Positions 20,367 to 30,237 of a stretch of DNA of 64,000 nucleotides are shown here, piece after piece. Source of the stretch: an uncultured cyanobacterium. Lineage in GTDB: Bacteria; Cyanobacteriota; Cyanobacteriia; Phormidesmidales; Phormidesmidaceae. The translations under genes and the position numbers were made by a program. The stretch spans positions 64,001 to 128,000 of the forward strand of contig CAWBZI010000004.1 in the NCBI GenBank assembly GCA_963793265.1. The letters are read 5' to 3'. Every line of letters starts with the position of its first letter. The first letter of the stretch is position 1. The notes under the pieces are model-generated. The model was not told the origin of the DNA. It searched no databases and saw only the letters and a list, made by a program, of their open reading frames with translations.

Positions 20367-21604
20367 ATTGTTTTAAAAGTAATGGGTAAAGACTTTAATC
20401 CTCTGAGGGTGATGCTCTCTCGCCAGTCTAGATGATCCGTATTTAAGGAAATGTCGCAGCAGCGCTCTACCAAAGACTGAATCGCGATTTGCCCTTCAAT
20501 GCGAGCGAGGGCCGCGCCGAGGCAGTAGTGCATTCCGCCCCCAAACGGCAGATTGTTGAGCTGGCGCGTCCAGTCTAGCTGGTCAGGATTTTTGCAGTAG
20601 TCAGGATCGCGGTTGGCCGCGCCCAAACAAACAATTACTTTCTCTCCTTTCTTGATGGTTCTATTGCCTAGCTCAATATCTTCGCTAGCGAGCCTGGCTA
20701 GTACCTGTACTGGGCTGTTATAGCGCAATAGTTCTTCTACCACCGGGCCGATTTTATCAGGATTATTTCTAACAAATTCAATCTCGTCAGGCTGCTGTAA
20801 TAGCGCCAGTATGCCATTGCCAATCAGGCTTTTGGTCGTTTCTTGCCCAACGATAAACAGCATGATACAAAAGCCAAGAATTTCATCCTGGCTCAACTTT
20901 TGGCCCTGATCACGAGCCTGGATCAACTGACTAATCAGTCCGTCTGTCAGCTCAGCTTCTTGCTGCGCAATCAAGTCGCGCAAGTATTCTCTCGCTTCGA
21001 TAGCGACCTGATTTTGCCTTTGGTAGCCTTCTAACGACATAGGCTGATCGAATACAAAGAAGAGATCGTTCGACCATTCGCTGAGCTTGTGAGCGTCGCA
21101 ATCAGGCACACCGATGATGCGAGCGATTACCATGGCAGGCAGTGGATTAGCCAGATCGCTCATCACGTCCATTTGCCCCTGGCTGGTGGCTTGCGAAATG
21201 AGATCGTCTACTAGCGCCTGAATGCTAGGTCGTAGTGCTTCGATGCTGCTGAAAGAGAATGCTTTGCTGACTAGCGATCGCAGCCGCTTATGATCGTCCC
21301 CTTCTTTAAAAAATAACCATTTGCCGATGGTTTGAGAGAGTGGATTTAAGTTGTCGGGTTCAAGAAAGCGATTTTTTTGCTGCAAGCGCTCTGGTAAATC
21401 ATCTACAGCAAATCGAGGATCTTTTAGGACGAACTGAGCGTCTTCATATCGGGTGATAATCCATGCGCTGAGAAAGCTCCAATGCACCGGGTCTTCTCTG
21501 CGTAAGCGCTCGTACGTAGGGTAGGGGTTGGCGTGAAACTCTGGTGAAAAGGGGTTGAACTTTACGGGAGTGGAAAGCACGGGTAGTAGGCTTGTATTGA
21601 ACAA
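20363..21604 (-). CDS. Cytochrome P450
   Basis: I-helix 'GQETT', 'EELLR' (ExxR), heme motif 'FGGGMHYCLG'. Confidence 0.96.
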   Translation of the reverse strand: MFNTSLLPVLSTPVKFNPFSPEFHANPYPTYERLRREDPVHWSFLSAWIITRYEDAQFVLKDPRFAVDDLPERLQQKNRFLEPDNLNPLSQTIGKWLFFKEGDDHKRLRSLVSKAFSFSSIEALRPSIQALVDDLISQATSQGQMDVMSDLANPLPAMVIARIIGVPDCDAHKLSEWSNDLFFVFDQPMSLEGYQRQNQVAIEAREYLRDLIAQQEAELTDGLISQLIQARDQGQKLSQDEILGFCIMLFIVGQETTKSLIGNGILALLQQPDEIEFVRNNPDKIGPVVEELLRYNSPVQVLARLASEDIELGNRTIKKGEKVIVCLGAANRDPDYCKNPDQLDWTRQLNNLPFGGGMHYCLGAALARIEGQIAIQSLVERCCDISLNTDHLDWRESITLRGLKSLPITFKTI

Positions 21605-21652
21605 ACGGGTTAATGACTTAGATTTAATAGCTTAGATAAGGGCTAAGGGCGA

Positions 21653-23752
21653 TTACTGCGCGGATGTAGCTCGGTTGAATAAGTACTGACTGAGCACTTC
21701 AATGTTGGGATATTCCCAGAACAAAGTGGGCTCTAGGTGGCAGCCTAACCAGTCTGCTAATTCGCCAGTTAAACTCATTGATACCGACGAGTCGAGTGCG
21801 TATTCAGAGAATGAGACTTCAATGTCGATATCGTCTGGATTTTGCTGAGTTGATTCAGCAACTTTGTCAATTAGCCAGTCCTGTATTACAAACTCGGTGA
21901 TTTCTAGCCTCTCGCTGTTTTTGACGGCTGGCGCGTCTGTTGCAGATTTTATGGACGCTTGAGATTCGACTGGCAGTATAGTTGGTAGTTCGTCTATAGG
22001 TGCTGTAGTCCCGACCCACTCACCTACTGTTTGTAGTGCGCCTGTTGTGAAGGCTGTTTTGCACGCCTGGCGCTGGACTTTGCCGCTGGATGTTTTGAGC
22101 AGGCTGGCGGTTTTTATGAGCGCGATCGCATACACCTGAATGTCGTGCTGCTCGGCTACGGCCTGCCGAATCGCACTGGCGATCTGATCGCAATCAAAAT
22201 TACGTAGGTGAGTACGTTCAATTTCTTGAACGATGACCAGACGTTCTGCGCCCTCGACTTCTACCGAAAAAGCGGCCCCGCACTCCGGCCTTAGCGCTTC
22301 GTGACTCTGCGTGACTGTTAGCTCAATATCTTGCGGGTAGTGGTTGCGGCCCCAAATAATGATGGCGTCTTTGATGCGTCCGGTGACAAATAGCTCGCTG
22401 CTTCTAAGAAATCCTAAATCTCCGGTGCGAAGGAAAGGCCCCTGTGGCGGTACGTCTGCTTCGTGACTGGCTAAATAGGCACCAAACGTTTCTTCGGTTC
22501 GTTCTGGCTGCTGCCAGTATCCTTGCGATATGCCAGGGCCAGCGACCCAGATTTCTCCGACCTGATCAGGCTTACAGCGCGTTTTCTGCTGTGGATCGAC
22601 AATGGCGACGCGTGTGTTTAAATGCGATCGCCCGCATCCTACTAAAACGCGGGTGGCTGATTTTGATAGCCCATCAGCTTCGACAATTCGATGACGCGCC
22701 AGTTCATCGGCGCTAACTTCAATGAAAACGGGGGGCTCATCTACGCGCCCGCCAGTGACCATTAGCGTTGCTTCTGCCATGCCGTAGCAGGGATAGAAGG
22801 CGTTGGGGCTAAAGCCACAGCAGGCGAACTTGGCTGCAAACGCATCCAAGGTTGGCTGGCGGACGGGCTCAGAGCCGCTGTAGGCACTTTCCCAGCGGCT
22901 CAGGTCGAGCTGGGCCATCGCTTCGGGTGCGATTTTTTGAGTGCATAGCTCGTAGCCAAGGTTAGGGCCGCCGCAGTGGGTCGCTTGGTAGTCGGAAATA
23001 GCCTGTAGCCATCGTATAGGCTTTTGGATGAAGCTGCCTGGCGACATGAGCACGCCTAAGAAGCCTGTGTATAAAGGCTGGATAATGCCGTCGATGAGGC
23101 CCATGTCGTGAAAGCTGGGTAGCCAGGTGACCGAGACGCTTTTGGGTGAGAGGGCGAAGGCGGTTTGAATGTATTTTGAGTTGTGTGAAAGGTTGTCGTG
23201 GCTGACAATGACGCCTTTGGGTGAGCCGGTGGAGCCCGAGGTGTATTGGATGAAGGCAAGCGGCTGGCTGTTCGGGGTTTGCCAGGTTTCGATTAGGCTG
23301 GTGCGCGCTGCGGTGGGGATGCTGGCGACTGTATCGGTGGCTATCCACGCTAGCTTTGAGAGGGGCGAGTCAGTGGGAATTTGCTTGTTTATTAGCGGCT
23401 GTACGCTGCTGTTGGTGAGGGCAACTTTGGCCTGAGAATTGGCTGTGATCGCTTCTAACCGAGTAGTTTTTTGACTGCGCCGGGGCAGCGCTGCTGGCAC
23501 CGCAATGACACCTGCATACAGACAGCCGAAGAAGGCTGCAATGAAGTCTAACCCTTGAGGATAGAGGAGCAGCGCTCGGTCGCCGCAGTCTACTGTGGCC
23601 TGCAATTGAGCAGCGATCGCTCTGGCTTGCTGGTCGAGTTCTGAGTAGGTGATGTGAATGGCATCTGCTTCACCATCAATCAGAAAGGTATAGGCTTTTT
23701 GGTTGGGCTGATGTTGCGATCGCCAATGAAGCACGTCTGATAGGCTGTCCAA
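21653..23752 (-). CDS. Fatty acyl-AMP ligase fused to an acyl carrier protein (starter module)
   Basis: 'QYTSGSTG.PKGV', 'WLP.FHDMGLI', 'YGMAEATL', 'RTGDLG', 'GRNHYPQDIE', 'KTSSGK'; C-terminal ACP 'LDS'; true start may be upstream (see findings). Confidence 0.94.
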   Translation of the reverse strand: MDSLSDVLHWRSQHQPNQKAYTFLIDGEADAIHITYSELDQQARAIAAQLQATVDCGDRALLLYPQGLDFIAAFFGCLYAGVIAVPAALPRRSQKTTRLEAITANSQAKVALTNSSVQPLINKQIPTDSPLSKLAWIATDTVASIPTAARTSLIETWQTPNSQPLAFIQYTSGSTGSPKGVIVSHDNLSHNSKYIQTAFALSPKSVSVTWLPSFHDMGLIDGIIQPLYTGFLGVLMSPGSFIQKPIRWLQAISDYQATHCGGPNLGYELCTQKIAPEAMAQLDLSRWESAYSGSEPVRQPTLDAFAAKFACCGFSPNAFYPCYGMAEATLMVTGGRVDEPPVFIEVSADELARHRIVEADGLSKSATRVLVGCGRSHLNTRVAIVDPQQKTRCKPDQVGEIWVAGPGISQGYWQQPERTEETFGAYLASHEADVPPQGPFLRTGDLGFLRSSELFVTGRIKDAIIIWGRNHYPQDIELTVTQSHEALRPECGAAFSVEVEGAERLVIVQEIERTHLRNFDCDQIASAIRQAVAEQHDIQVYAIALIKTASLLKTSSGKVQRQACKTAFTTGALQTVGEWVGTTAPIDELPTILPVESQASIKSATDAPAVKNSERLEITEFVIQDWLIDKVAESTQQNPDDIDIEVSFSEYALDSSVSMSLTGELADWLGCHLEPTLFWEYPNIEVLSQYLFNRATSAQ

Positions 23753-23990
23753 ATTTCTGCTCAGACATATTTTCGGACAGCACTGATATCGAAGGCGAAG
23801 CGTTCATATGTCTAAGCTATTTCTTTAGATTGTTTTATAAGGTTTCCATCATTTCTTGATGAGTAAGACCGTATTAAGCCCTAACAATTGCGCGATCGCC
23901 TATCAGCTTGCGTACATTCACGAGATCGCTAATCACGTATCATTTGGCTTGTTAGGTGGTTTGTTAGGACTGCGATCATAGCCATAACAA

Positions 23991-24023
23991 AAAAGCCTTA
24001 TCTACAAATTAGATAAGGCTTTT
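23991..24023. terminator. Intrinsic terminator, probably of the 24103-24450 gene
   Basis: Perfect 14-bp stem AAAAGCCTTATCTA / TAGATAAGGCTTTT with 5-nt loop. Confidence 0.8.
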
Positions 24024-24102
24024 AATGCGTAGATAGAGCAAAGCAGCTAAATAAAGCTCTGTTCTATTTTGTAGTTGTTTTTGTTGTGAAACAAACGTTG
24101 GA

Positions 24103-24450
24103 CTATGATTCTATAGCTGCTTTTGCATTTTCAGTCACGTCTTTTGCCATATCCAAATAGTCATCCGGATCGCTGTCTCCGGGGCTATTAATCGCATCGA
24201 CTTTACCGCCGCTGGTCGTTGAGCTTGACTTACCGGCTGTTCCGGCGGCACCCTCTTTGCGATTTACAGGATTAGGATCGCTCGACTGCGTGCCTGAGCC
24301 GTTCTTGTTTGCCTGAGCAATGTCGTACTCTTTATCGAAGTTGGTTTCAGCAACGTCTGTTTTCGCTCTTTCTGAGACAGCTTCATCGCTGCTGCTCATA
24401 TCATCTTTGAGCTGGTTGGCTTCTTGAGGGATGTTGTTTGGATCTGCCAT
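24103..24450 (-). CDS. Hypothetical acidic, probably disordered protein
   Basis: 115-aa ORF with GGAGG RBS upstream and a terminator downstream. Confidence 0.75.
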   Translation of the reverse strand: MADPNNIPQEANQLKDDMSSSDEAVSERAKTDVAETNFDKEYDIAQANKNGSGTQSSDPNPVNRKEGAAGTAGKSSSTTSGGKVDAINSPGDSDPDDYLDMAKDVTENAKAAIES

Positions 24451-24601
24451 AGGGCCTCCACTAATTACTTTCTTTATTAACTTACGGCGTTTCGTTGGGC
24501 CTACACATATCTCTGACGGCGTAGGCCGCGCCTGCTGATAGGTATAAATATTGTGGTTTTGGAGCGCTAGACTATAGGTAGGTTTAAGAAATGTAAAGCA
24601 A

Positions 24602-26110
24602 ATGGTGAGTAGCGTAGCGCAGCAGAAAGTAGTAGTGATTGGAGCCGGGATTGGTGGCTTAACGGCGGCGGCGCTGCTAGCGCATCGGGGCTACGGTGTG
24701 AAGGTGTTTGACCAGGCAATTGTGCCGGGGGGCTGTGCGTCTACGTTTAAGCGGCGCGGATTTACGTTTGATGTGGGGGCAACTCAGGTGGCTGGATTAG
24801 AACCTGGGGGAATTCATTACCAGATTTTTGAGGAGCTGGGGATTGATCTGCCGCCTGCGAGCCATTGTGATCCGGCCTGTGCGGTGTTTTTGCCGGGGGA
24901 GAATGAACCGATTAGCGTGTGGCGCGATCCGGCGAAGTGGAAGGCAGAAAGGGAACGGCAGTTTCCGGGGAGTGCGCCTTTTTGGAATTTTATGAAGGCG
25001 CTCTTTGACTATAGCTGGCGGTTTCAACAGCGTGATCCGGTGCTGCCACCGCGTAGCCTGTGGGATATTTGGCAGTTGTCCGCGGCGGTGCGGCCCGATA
25101 CGCTATTGACGGTGCCGTTTACGTTTTCGACGGTGGGTGAGATTTTGCGAGGGTATGAGCTGTACGATAATCGGCGGCTACGGACGTTTTTGGATATGCA
25201 GCTAAAGCTGTATTCGCAGACGACGGCGGATAGGACGGCGGTGCTATATGCGGCAACTGCTTTGGGGGTGTCGCAGGCTCCGCACGGGCTGTACCACTTG
25301 AAGGGGAGTATGCAGGTTTTAAGCGATCGCCTCCACCAGTCCCTAGAAGCAAACGGCGGCGAACTCCACATGCGCCATACTGCCGAGGCCATTGAAATTG
25401 AAAACGGCAGACCTACTCAAGTGAAGATCGCTAGCCGAAAAGGAGAAAGCTGGATAGAAGAAGCCGATCATGTTGTCGCTAACGTTACAGTGCAAAATCT
25501 GGTTCGCTTGGCGAAAGACAATAGAATGAAGGGCTACGAAAAAAGAGTGGGTAAGCTTGAGCCTTCTTCGGGTGCCTTTGTAATTTACTTAGGGGTAGAA
25601 CAAGCTGCAATTCCTGAGAACTGCCCGCCCCATCTACAGTTTATGTATGATTATGACGGGCCAATTGCCGAAAATAATTCTCTTTTTGTCTCGGTAAGCC
25701 GCCCAGGAGACGGACGTGCGCCGGAAGGTAAAGCGACGGTGATTGCCTCTTCTTTTACAGAAGTGCAGCAGTGGTACGACTGTGATGAGGCGGCATATAA
25801 GGTGATGAAAGAGAGATATACACAAGAGGCAATCTCCCGATTAAAGAACTACTTCGATCTGCGGCCTGAGCATTTGGTACATGTGGAGGCTGCGACCCCG
25901 AGGAGCTTTGAGACATTTACGGGGCGCGATCGCGGCATCGTCGGCGGCATTGGTCAAAGTGTACCGACCTTCGGCCCATTTGGCTTTGCGACCCGTACGC
26001 CAATCAAAAATCTGTGGCTAGTCGGTGACAGTACTCACCCAGGAGAAGGCACAGCGGGCGTAAGCTATTCGGCCATGACAGCAGTACGACAGATAGAAGC
26101 GGGTGCTTGA
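24602..26110 (+). CDS. crtD: Carotenoid C-3',4' desaturase
   Basis: FAD motif 'VIGAGIGG', 'GGCASTFKR.GFTFDVGATQVAG', 'GDSTHPGEGTAGVS', typical of cyanobacterial CrtD. Confidence 0.88.
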   Translation: MVSSVAQQKVVVIGAGIGGLTAAALLAHRGYGVKVFDQAIVPGGCASTFKRRGFTFDVGATQVAGLEPGGIHYQIFEELGIDLPPASHCDPACAVFLPGENEPISVWRDPAKWKAERERQFPGSAPFWNFMKALFDYSWRFQQRDPVLPPRSLWDIWQLSAAVRPDTLLTVPFTFSTVGEILRGYELYDNRRLRTFLDMQLKLYSQTTADRTAVLYAATALGVSQAPHGLYHLKGSMQVLSDRLHQSLEANGGELHMRHTAEAIEIENGRPTQVKIASRKGESWIEEADHVVANVTVQNLVRLAKDNRMKGYEKRVGKLEPSSGAFVIYLGVEQAAIPENCPPHLQFMYDYDGPIAENNSLFVSVSRPGDGRAPEGKATVIASSFTEVQQWYDCDEAAYKVMKERYTQEAISRLKNYFDLRPEHLVHVEAATPRSFETFTGRDRGIVGGIGQSVPTFGPFGFATRTPIKNLWLVGDSTHPGEGTAGVSYSAMTAVRQIEAGA

Positions 26111-27069
26111 GACTGAAGGGCTACCGAGTTGCTGGGGTATTGAATATTCCAGACTAGGCCAACGTACCTTAAGGCGTTGATGATATTCCAGCTTGGATCG
26201 ATCTGTTCAGGATGCAAACTGAACTTAGCGGCATGAGGAAACGCCTTGTGGTTGCTCTGCCAGCATTCACCCACGGTTAGTAGACCTGTAATCCGGCTAA
26301 GCATAGGTCTTTGCGATTTGCGCGGCTTTTTATAGCCTTTCTTTTTATAGCCTTTCTTTTTATAGCTATTGTGGAGCGGGTGATGCGTTAGGTACTCAAC
26401 GAGCCACTGTCCGGTTGTGCTAACCGCGATGCGCATATAAATTCCCCAAAACACCCAGCTCCAGCCGCCAAAGTAGTAAAAGGCTAGTGCCCAAGGTAGC
26501 TGCTGGAGCATCCAGGTTCGTTCTAGCAGGGTATAGAATCCGTTGTCAGCAATCCTGGATTCGTGGCGAAAAATTGGAGGATAGTGGAGCTGAATACTAC
26601 AGTGCAGGTTCCAAATCCAATCGACTAGGATATTGCGGCGGTTGTTGAAGTAGGGGTGGCAGTTGGGCTGACGCTGTGCCCAGTCGCGCAGGTCGTGCCT
26701 TTCGATGAGGGAGAATGGCCCGCCGAGGCCTGCTAAGACGCCTAGATAGACGAGGCTGTTTTCTAGCCACTGGTGACACTCAAAGCTGTTGTGAACGAGG
26801 CGACGGTGAATGCCGACAGAGTATCCTGCGCAGAGGGTAGTGAAGGTGGTGACAACGAAGAGTAGAAAAGCGTCCCAATAAAATGTTTGGTAGCCACCGA
26901 AAATAGCGCCTGCGTAGATGAAGCTTATCCACAGGGACTTGGTAGGCGACCAGTACACCTGGCCGAAAATAGCACTAGAGTGACCTTTGTTAGAATCTAC
27001 TCGGCCTACGGCTGGATCTCCCGTTGCTGGGTTGCCCGTTTTTAGGTCAATTGAATGGGGGCTAATCAT
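26065..27069 (-). CDS. Membrane fatty-acid desaturase-like protein (delta-9 type) with a degenerate third His box
   Basis: 'HRRLVH', 'HDLRDWAQRQ', 'GECWQSNHKAFP', 'QIDP.W'. Confidence 0.8.
   Translation of the reverse strand: MISPHSIDLKTGNPATGDPAVGRVDSNKGHSSAIFGQVYWSPTKSLWISFIYAGAIFGGYQTFYWDAFLLFVVTTFTTLCAGYSVGIHRRLVHNSFECHQWLENSLVYLGVLAGLGGPFSLIERHDLRDWAQRQPNCHPYFNNRRNILVDWIWNLHCSIQLHYPPIFRHESRIADNGFYTLLERTWMLQQLPWALAFYYFGGWSWVFWGIYMRIAVSTTGQWLVEYLTHHPLHNSYKKKGYKKKGYKKPRKSQRPMLSRITGLLTVGECWQSNHKAFPHAAKFSLHPEQIDPSWNIINALRYVGLVWNIQYPSNSVALQSQAPASICRTAVMAE
26326..26366. repeat. 15-bp tandem repeat (about 2.7 copies) encoding YKKKG repeats in the desaturase-like gene
   Basis: CTTTTTATAGCCTTT x2 plus a partial copy. 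Confidence 0.9.
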
Positions 27070-27212
27070 GACACGTTGGCGCGCTAGCGAGCGCTAAGGA
27101 GAGGGGGCACGCTCTGTCTATCTGTCACCTTCATAATATGTTGATTTTAGTTTGGTGACGAAATAAACTTAACGATTTTTTTACACAAACCTTGCGGATT
27201 GAAATAGGGGCT

Positions 27213-28721
27213 ATGGCGGCAGATAGTTTTCAGCGAGCGTTAGATTTGATCAGTATTGAGATGCCTTTTGAGGCGCTACCGTTGTTAAATGAGACGATCG
27301 CTGCGCAGCCGGAGCGGGTTGAAGCCTATGTGCAGCGGGCAAAGGTGCGGCGTAGGCTGAAGGATAATGAGGGGGCGATCGCTGACTATACCCAGGCAAT
27401 TAAGCTGGCCCCGATGGCGGCGGTGTATCTGGCGCGGGCGCTGGTGTGGCTGAGCTTGGAACAGGTGAAGGGGGCGATCGCAGATAGTCGTGAGGCAATT
27501 AGGCTGGCCCCTGAACTGGCGGGCGGGCATCGGCTGCTGGGGAAGTCGTTAGGGCAATTGGGTGATGGGGAGGGGGCGATCGCGGCTTATAAGCAGGCGG
27601 CGCGATGCTACTTGAATGATAAAGACAAGGAGAATGCGCAGGCTTGTTTGAATGCGATTGGGCCGCTGCAAAGGCTGCCAGCTTTTGAATATGCTCAGCC
27701 CTCGGGCTCTCAACAGTCTACGGGCGGCGCTCGGTCTTTTGAGGGTGTAGACGCTGCGGACTATATGCGATTAGTGCGGGCGAAGTATGACGCGGGTGAG
27801 TATGCGGCGGCGATGAAGGATTTGAACTGGCTGCTGGGCTGCGATCCGACTCAGGTGGATGCGCTGTGTTTGCAGGGTCTAATTCACGCGCAGCTAGGGC
27901 GAAGGGAGCTTGCGGTTACTAATTTGGCGCTGGCGAAGCAGCAAAAGCCTGGCGACCCTGAGGTGCAGTTTTGTCAGGGGCAGATGCGGTTGATTTTGAA
28001 AGATGGCTACGGGGCAACAGAGGAGTTTTCGGCGCTGATTGCTCAAGCTCAGCAGACCCATAGTCCGGTGGCGAAGTATTTTGCAGCTAGGGGGGATAGC
28101 TACCGGCTGATTGGAGATTTGGATGAGGCGTTTAAGGACTATTCAAATGCGCTGGCGATCGATTCTGAGAATGCGGCGCTGTATGAGCTGCGAGCGAAGA
28201 CTCAGCAGTCGATGAATGGGGTGGATGGGGCGATCGCTGATTTTCAAAAGGCAGCGACGCTATGGCTGAATAAAGGAGACTGGCGCAGGCATCAGCGCGT
28301 GGTGGAGTCGGTTCGCGCTTTAAGATCCAAAGGTAGCAGCGACGCTTCGCCGCGCAATAGCACTGTGGTGCCGATCAAACACTTTACGAATCAGCGGCCT
28401 GTGGTGGACGTGCTGTTTGACGGTATCTCTACGTTTGAGATGGTGGTAGATAGAAATGCCACGCATTCTATCGTGACGCAGCGGATGGCGAGCCTATTGA
28501 AGCTGGAGGCAGTGAGCTATCAATATGTGTATTTGTTGGACGGTACGCCGATGGAGCTGTCGTTGGGACGGCTAAGATCGGTGCGATTGGGTGGGGCTGT
28601 GTTTACGGATGTGTATGTAGCGATCGCGCCTGATAGCGCTACGCCGGTACTCGGTAAAGACTGCTTTAGCCCCTATAAGGTGCAAATTAGCGGTAACGAG
28701 CTTATCTTTGTTCGTCGATGA
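27213..28721 (+). CDS. TPR-repeat protein with C-terminal retropepsin-like domain
   Basis: Multiple TPRs ('AIADYTQAI', 'AFKDYSNAL'); C-terminal 'FEMVVDRNA..S.V', 'LG.D'; ATG at 27213 preferred. Confidence 0.8.
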   Translation: MAADSFQRALDLISIEMPFEALPLLNETIAAQPERVEAYVQRAKVRRRLKDNEGAIADYTQAIKLAPMAAVYLARALVWLSLEQVKGAIADSREAIRLAPELAGGHRLLGKSLGQLGDGEGAIAAYKQAARCYLNDKDKENAQACLNAIGPLQRLPAFEYAQPSGSQQSTGGARSFEGVDAADYMRLVRAKYDAGEYAAAMKDLNWLLGCDPTQVDALCLQGLIHAQLGRRELAVTNLALAKQQKPGDPEVQFCQGQMRLILKDGYGATEEFSALIAQAQQTHSPVAKYFAARGDSYRLIGDLDEAFKDYSNALAIDSENAALYELRAKTQQSMNGVDGAIADFQKAATLWLNKGDWRRHQRVVESVRALRSKGSSDASPRNSTVVPIKHFTNQRPVVDVLFDGISTFEMVVDRNATHSIVTQRMASLLKLEAVSYQYVYLLDGTPMELSLGRLRSVRLGGAVFTDVYVAIAPDSATPVLGKDCFSPYKVQISGNELIFVRR

Positions 28722-28802
28722 TACCTTTTGTATCAAAGCCCACTGGTAAAAATCTGATAGTCTTAAAGGTACCTTCTGTAAGTTTCGATTAGGAAACCTG
28801 TC

Positions 28803-30237
28803 ATGAGTACCTTTCTAAGTGTTGATACGGCTGCGGCTGAGCTTGGTATTAGCCCCCAGCGTGTGAGAACGCTGTGCCGAACCAATGAGTTGAAGGCCAA
28901 GAAAACAGGAAATTCGTGGCTGATAGAACCTCAAAGTCTCCATCGCTACGGATTGAAGACTGCTCACATTGTTGCTGAGAATCACGCTGCCTATCGCTAT
29001 ACGAAAACAGCACCAAGTCAGAGGCCGGTCGCATTAAGCTTTTTCTCTGGTGCGATGGGATTGGATTTGGGTGTAGAAAGGGCAGGCTTTGACGTCAGAT
29101 TAGCCTGCGAAGTTGATAAGTTTTGTAGGCAAACTATTGCGCTTAATAAGCCAGATACAGCTCTTTTAGGAGATATTAACGACTATCAACCTGAAGATAT
29201 TTTGCAGGCGGCTGGGCTAAGTGAGCGCGACGATATTGACTTAGTAATGGGCGGCCCACCCTGTCAAGCGTTTAGTACGGCGGGTAAGCGTAAAGGGTTT
29301 CATGATGATCGGGGTAATATTTTTTTGAAGTATGTGGATTTGGCGATTGCGCTTAATCCCAAGTTCATTGTTATTGAGAATGTTAGGGGTCTGTTGTCTT
29401 GCCCTATGACTCACCGCCCGCACGATCAAAGAGGAGAAGGGTTTCCTGACTTATCAGAAGATGAATTGAAAGGCGGGGCGCTCAATTTTGTTTTAAGTAA
29501 GCTGAAGCGAGCGAACTATGCTTACTCTTTTAATTTGTACAACGCGGCTAACTACGGGACACCGCAGATCCGCGAGAGAGTTGTAATCGTCTGCTCTAGG
29601 GATGGTGATCGTCCGCCTTTTATTCCACCTACGCACTCAGAACATGGTGATTTTGGTCTGCCTAAATGGAAAACGCTAAGGCAGACAATTTCGGATATAA
29701 CAGAGCATACTCATCTGAGTTTTCCTGAGAAGCGATTGAAATACTATAGGATGCTCAAACCTGGTCAGAATTGGAAGAACTTGCCAGAAGATTTACAAAA
29801 AGAGGCGATGGGAAAGTCTTATTATTCAGGCGGTGGAAAGACGGGATTTTTACGACGCTTGGCTTGGAACAGACCTTCTCCTACGCTTACTCACTCATCC
29901 GGCGATGCCTGCTACTGATTTGGCGCACCCTACCGAGAATCGTCCGCTTTCCATTCAAGAATATAAACGTATTCAAGAGTTTCCGCATAGCTGGCAGCTA
30001 GCGGGGCCGTTGGTTCAGCAGTATAAGCAGGTAGGTAATGCAGTCCCTTCTAGCTTTGGTTACGCAATTGGTAAGACGATTAAGGCTCTGATTGATTCGG
30101 AGGACATTCCTATTTTTGAGAATTTTAAGTATTCGAGATATAAGAAGACTTCTCAATTGCAGTGGGAGACTGAGTTTGGAAAGATAGTAGAGGCAAAGAG
30201 AAGTGAAGGTTCACAGACTGAGCTACTGCTGATTTGA
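28803..30237 (+). CDS. C5 cytosine DNA methyltransferase with N-terminal HTH, frameshifted near 29885-29892 (two ORFs)
   Basis: Motif I 'FFSGAMG', IV 'GPPCQ', VI 'ENV', VIII 'QIRERV' in 28803-29918; motifs IX/X 'EYKRIQEFP', 'YKQVGNAV' in 29833-30237. Confidence 0.9.
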
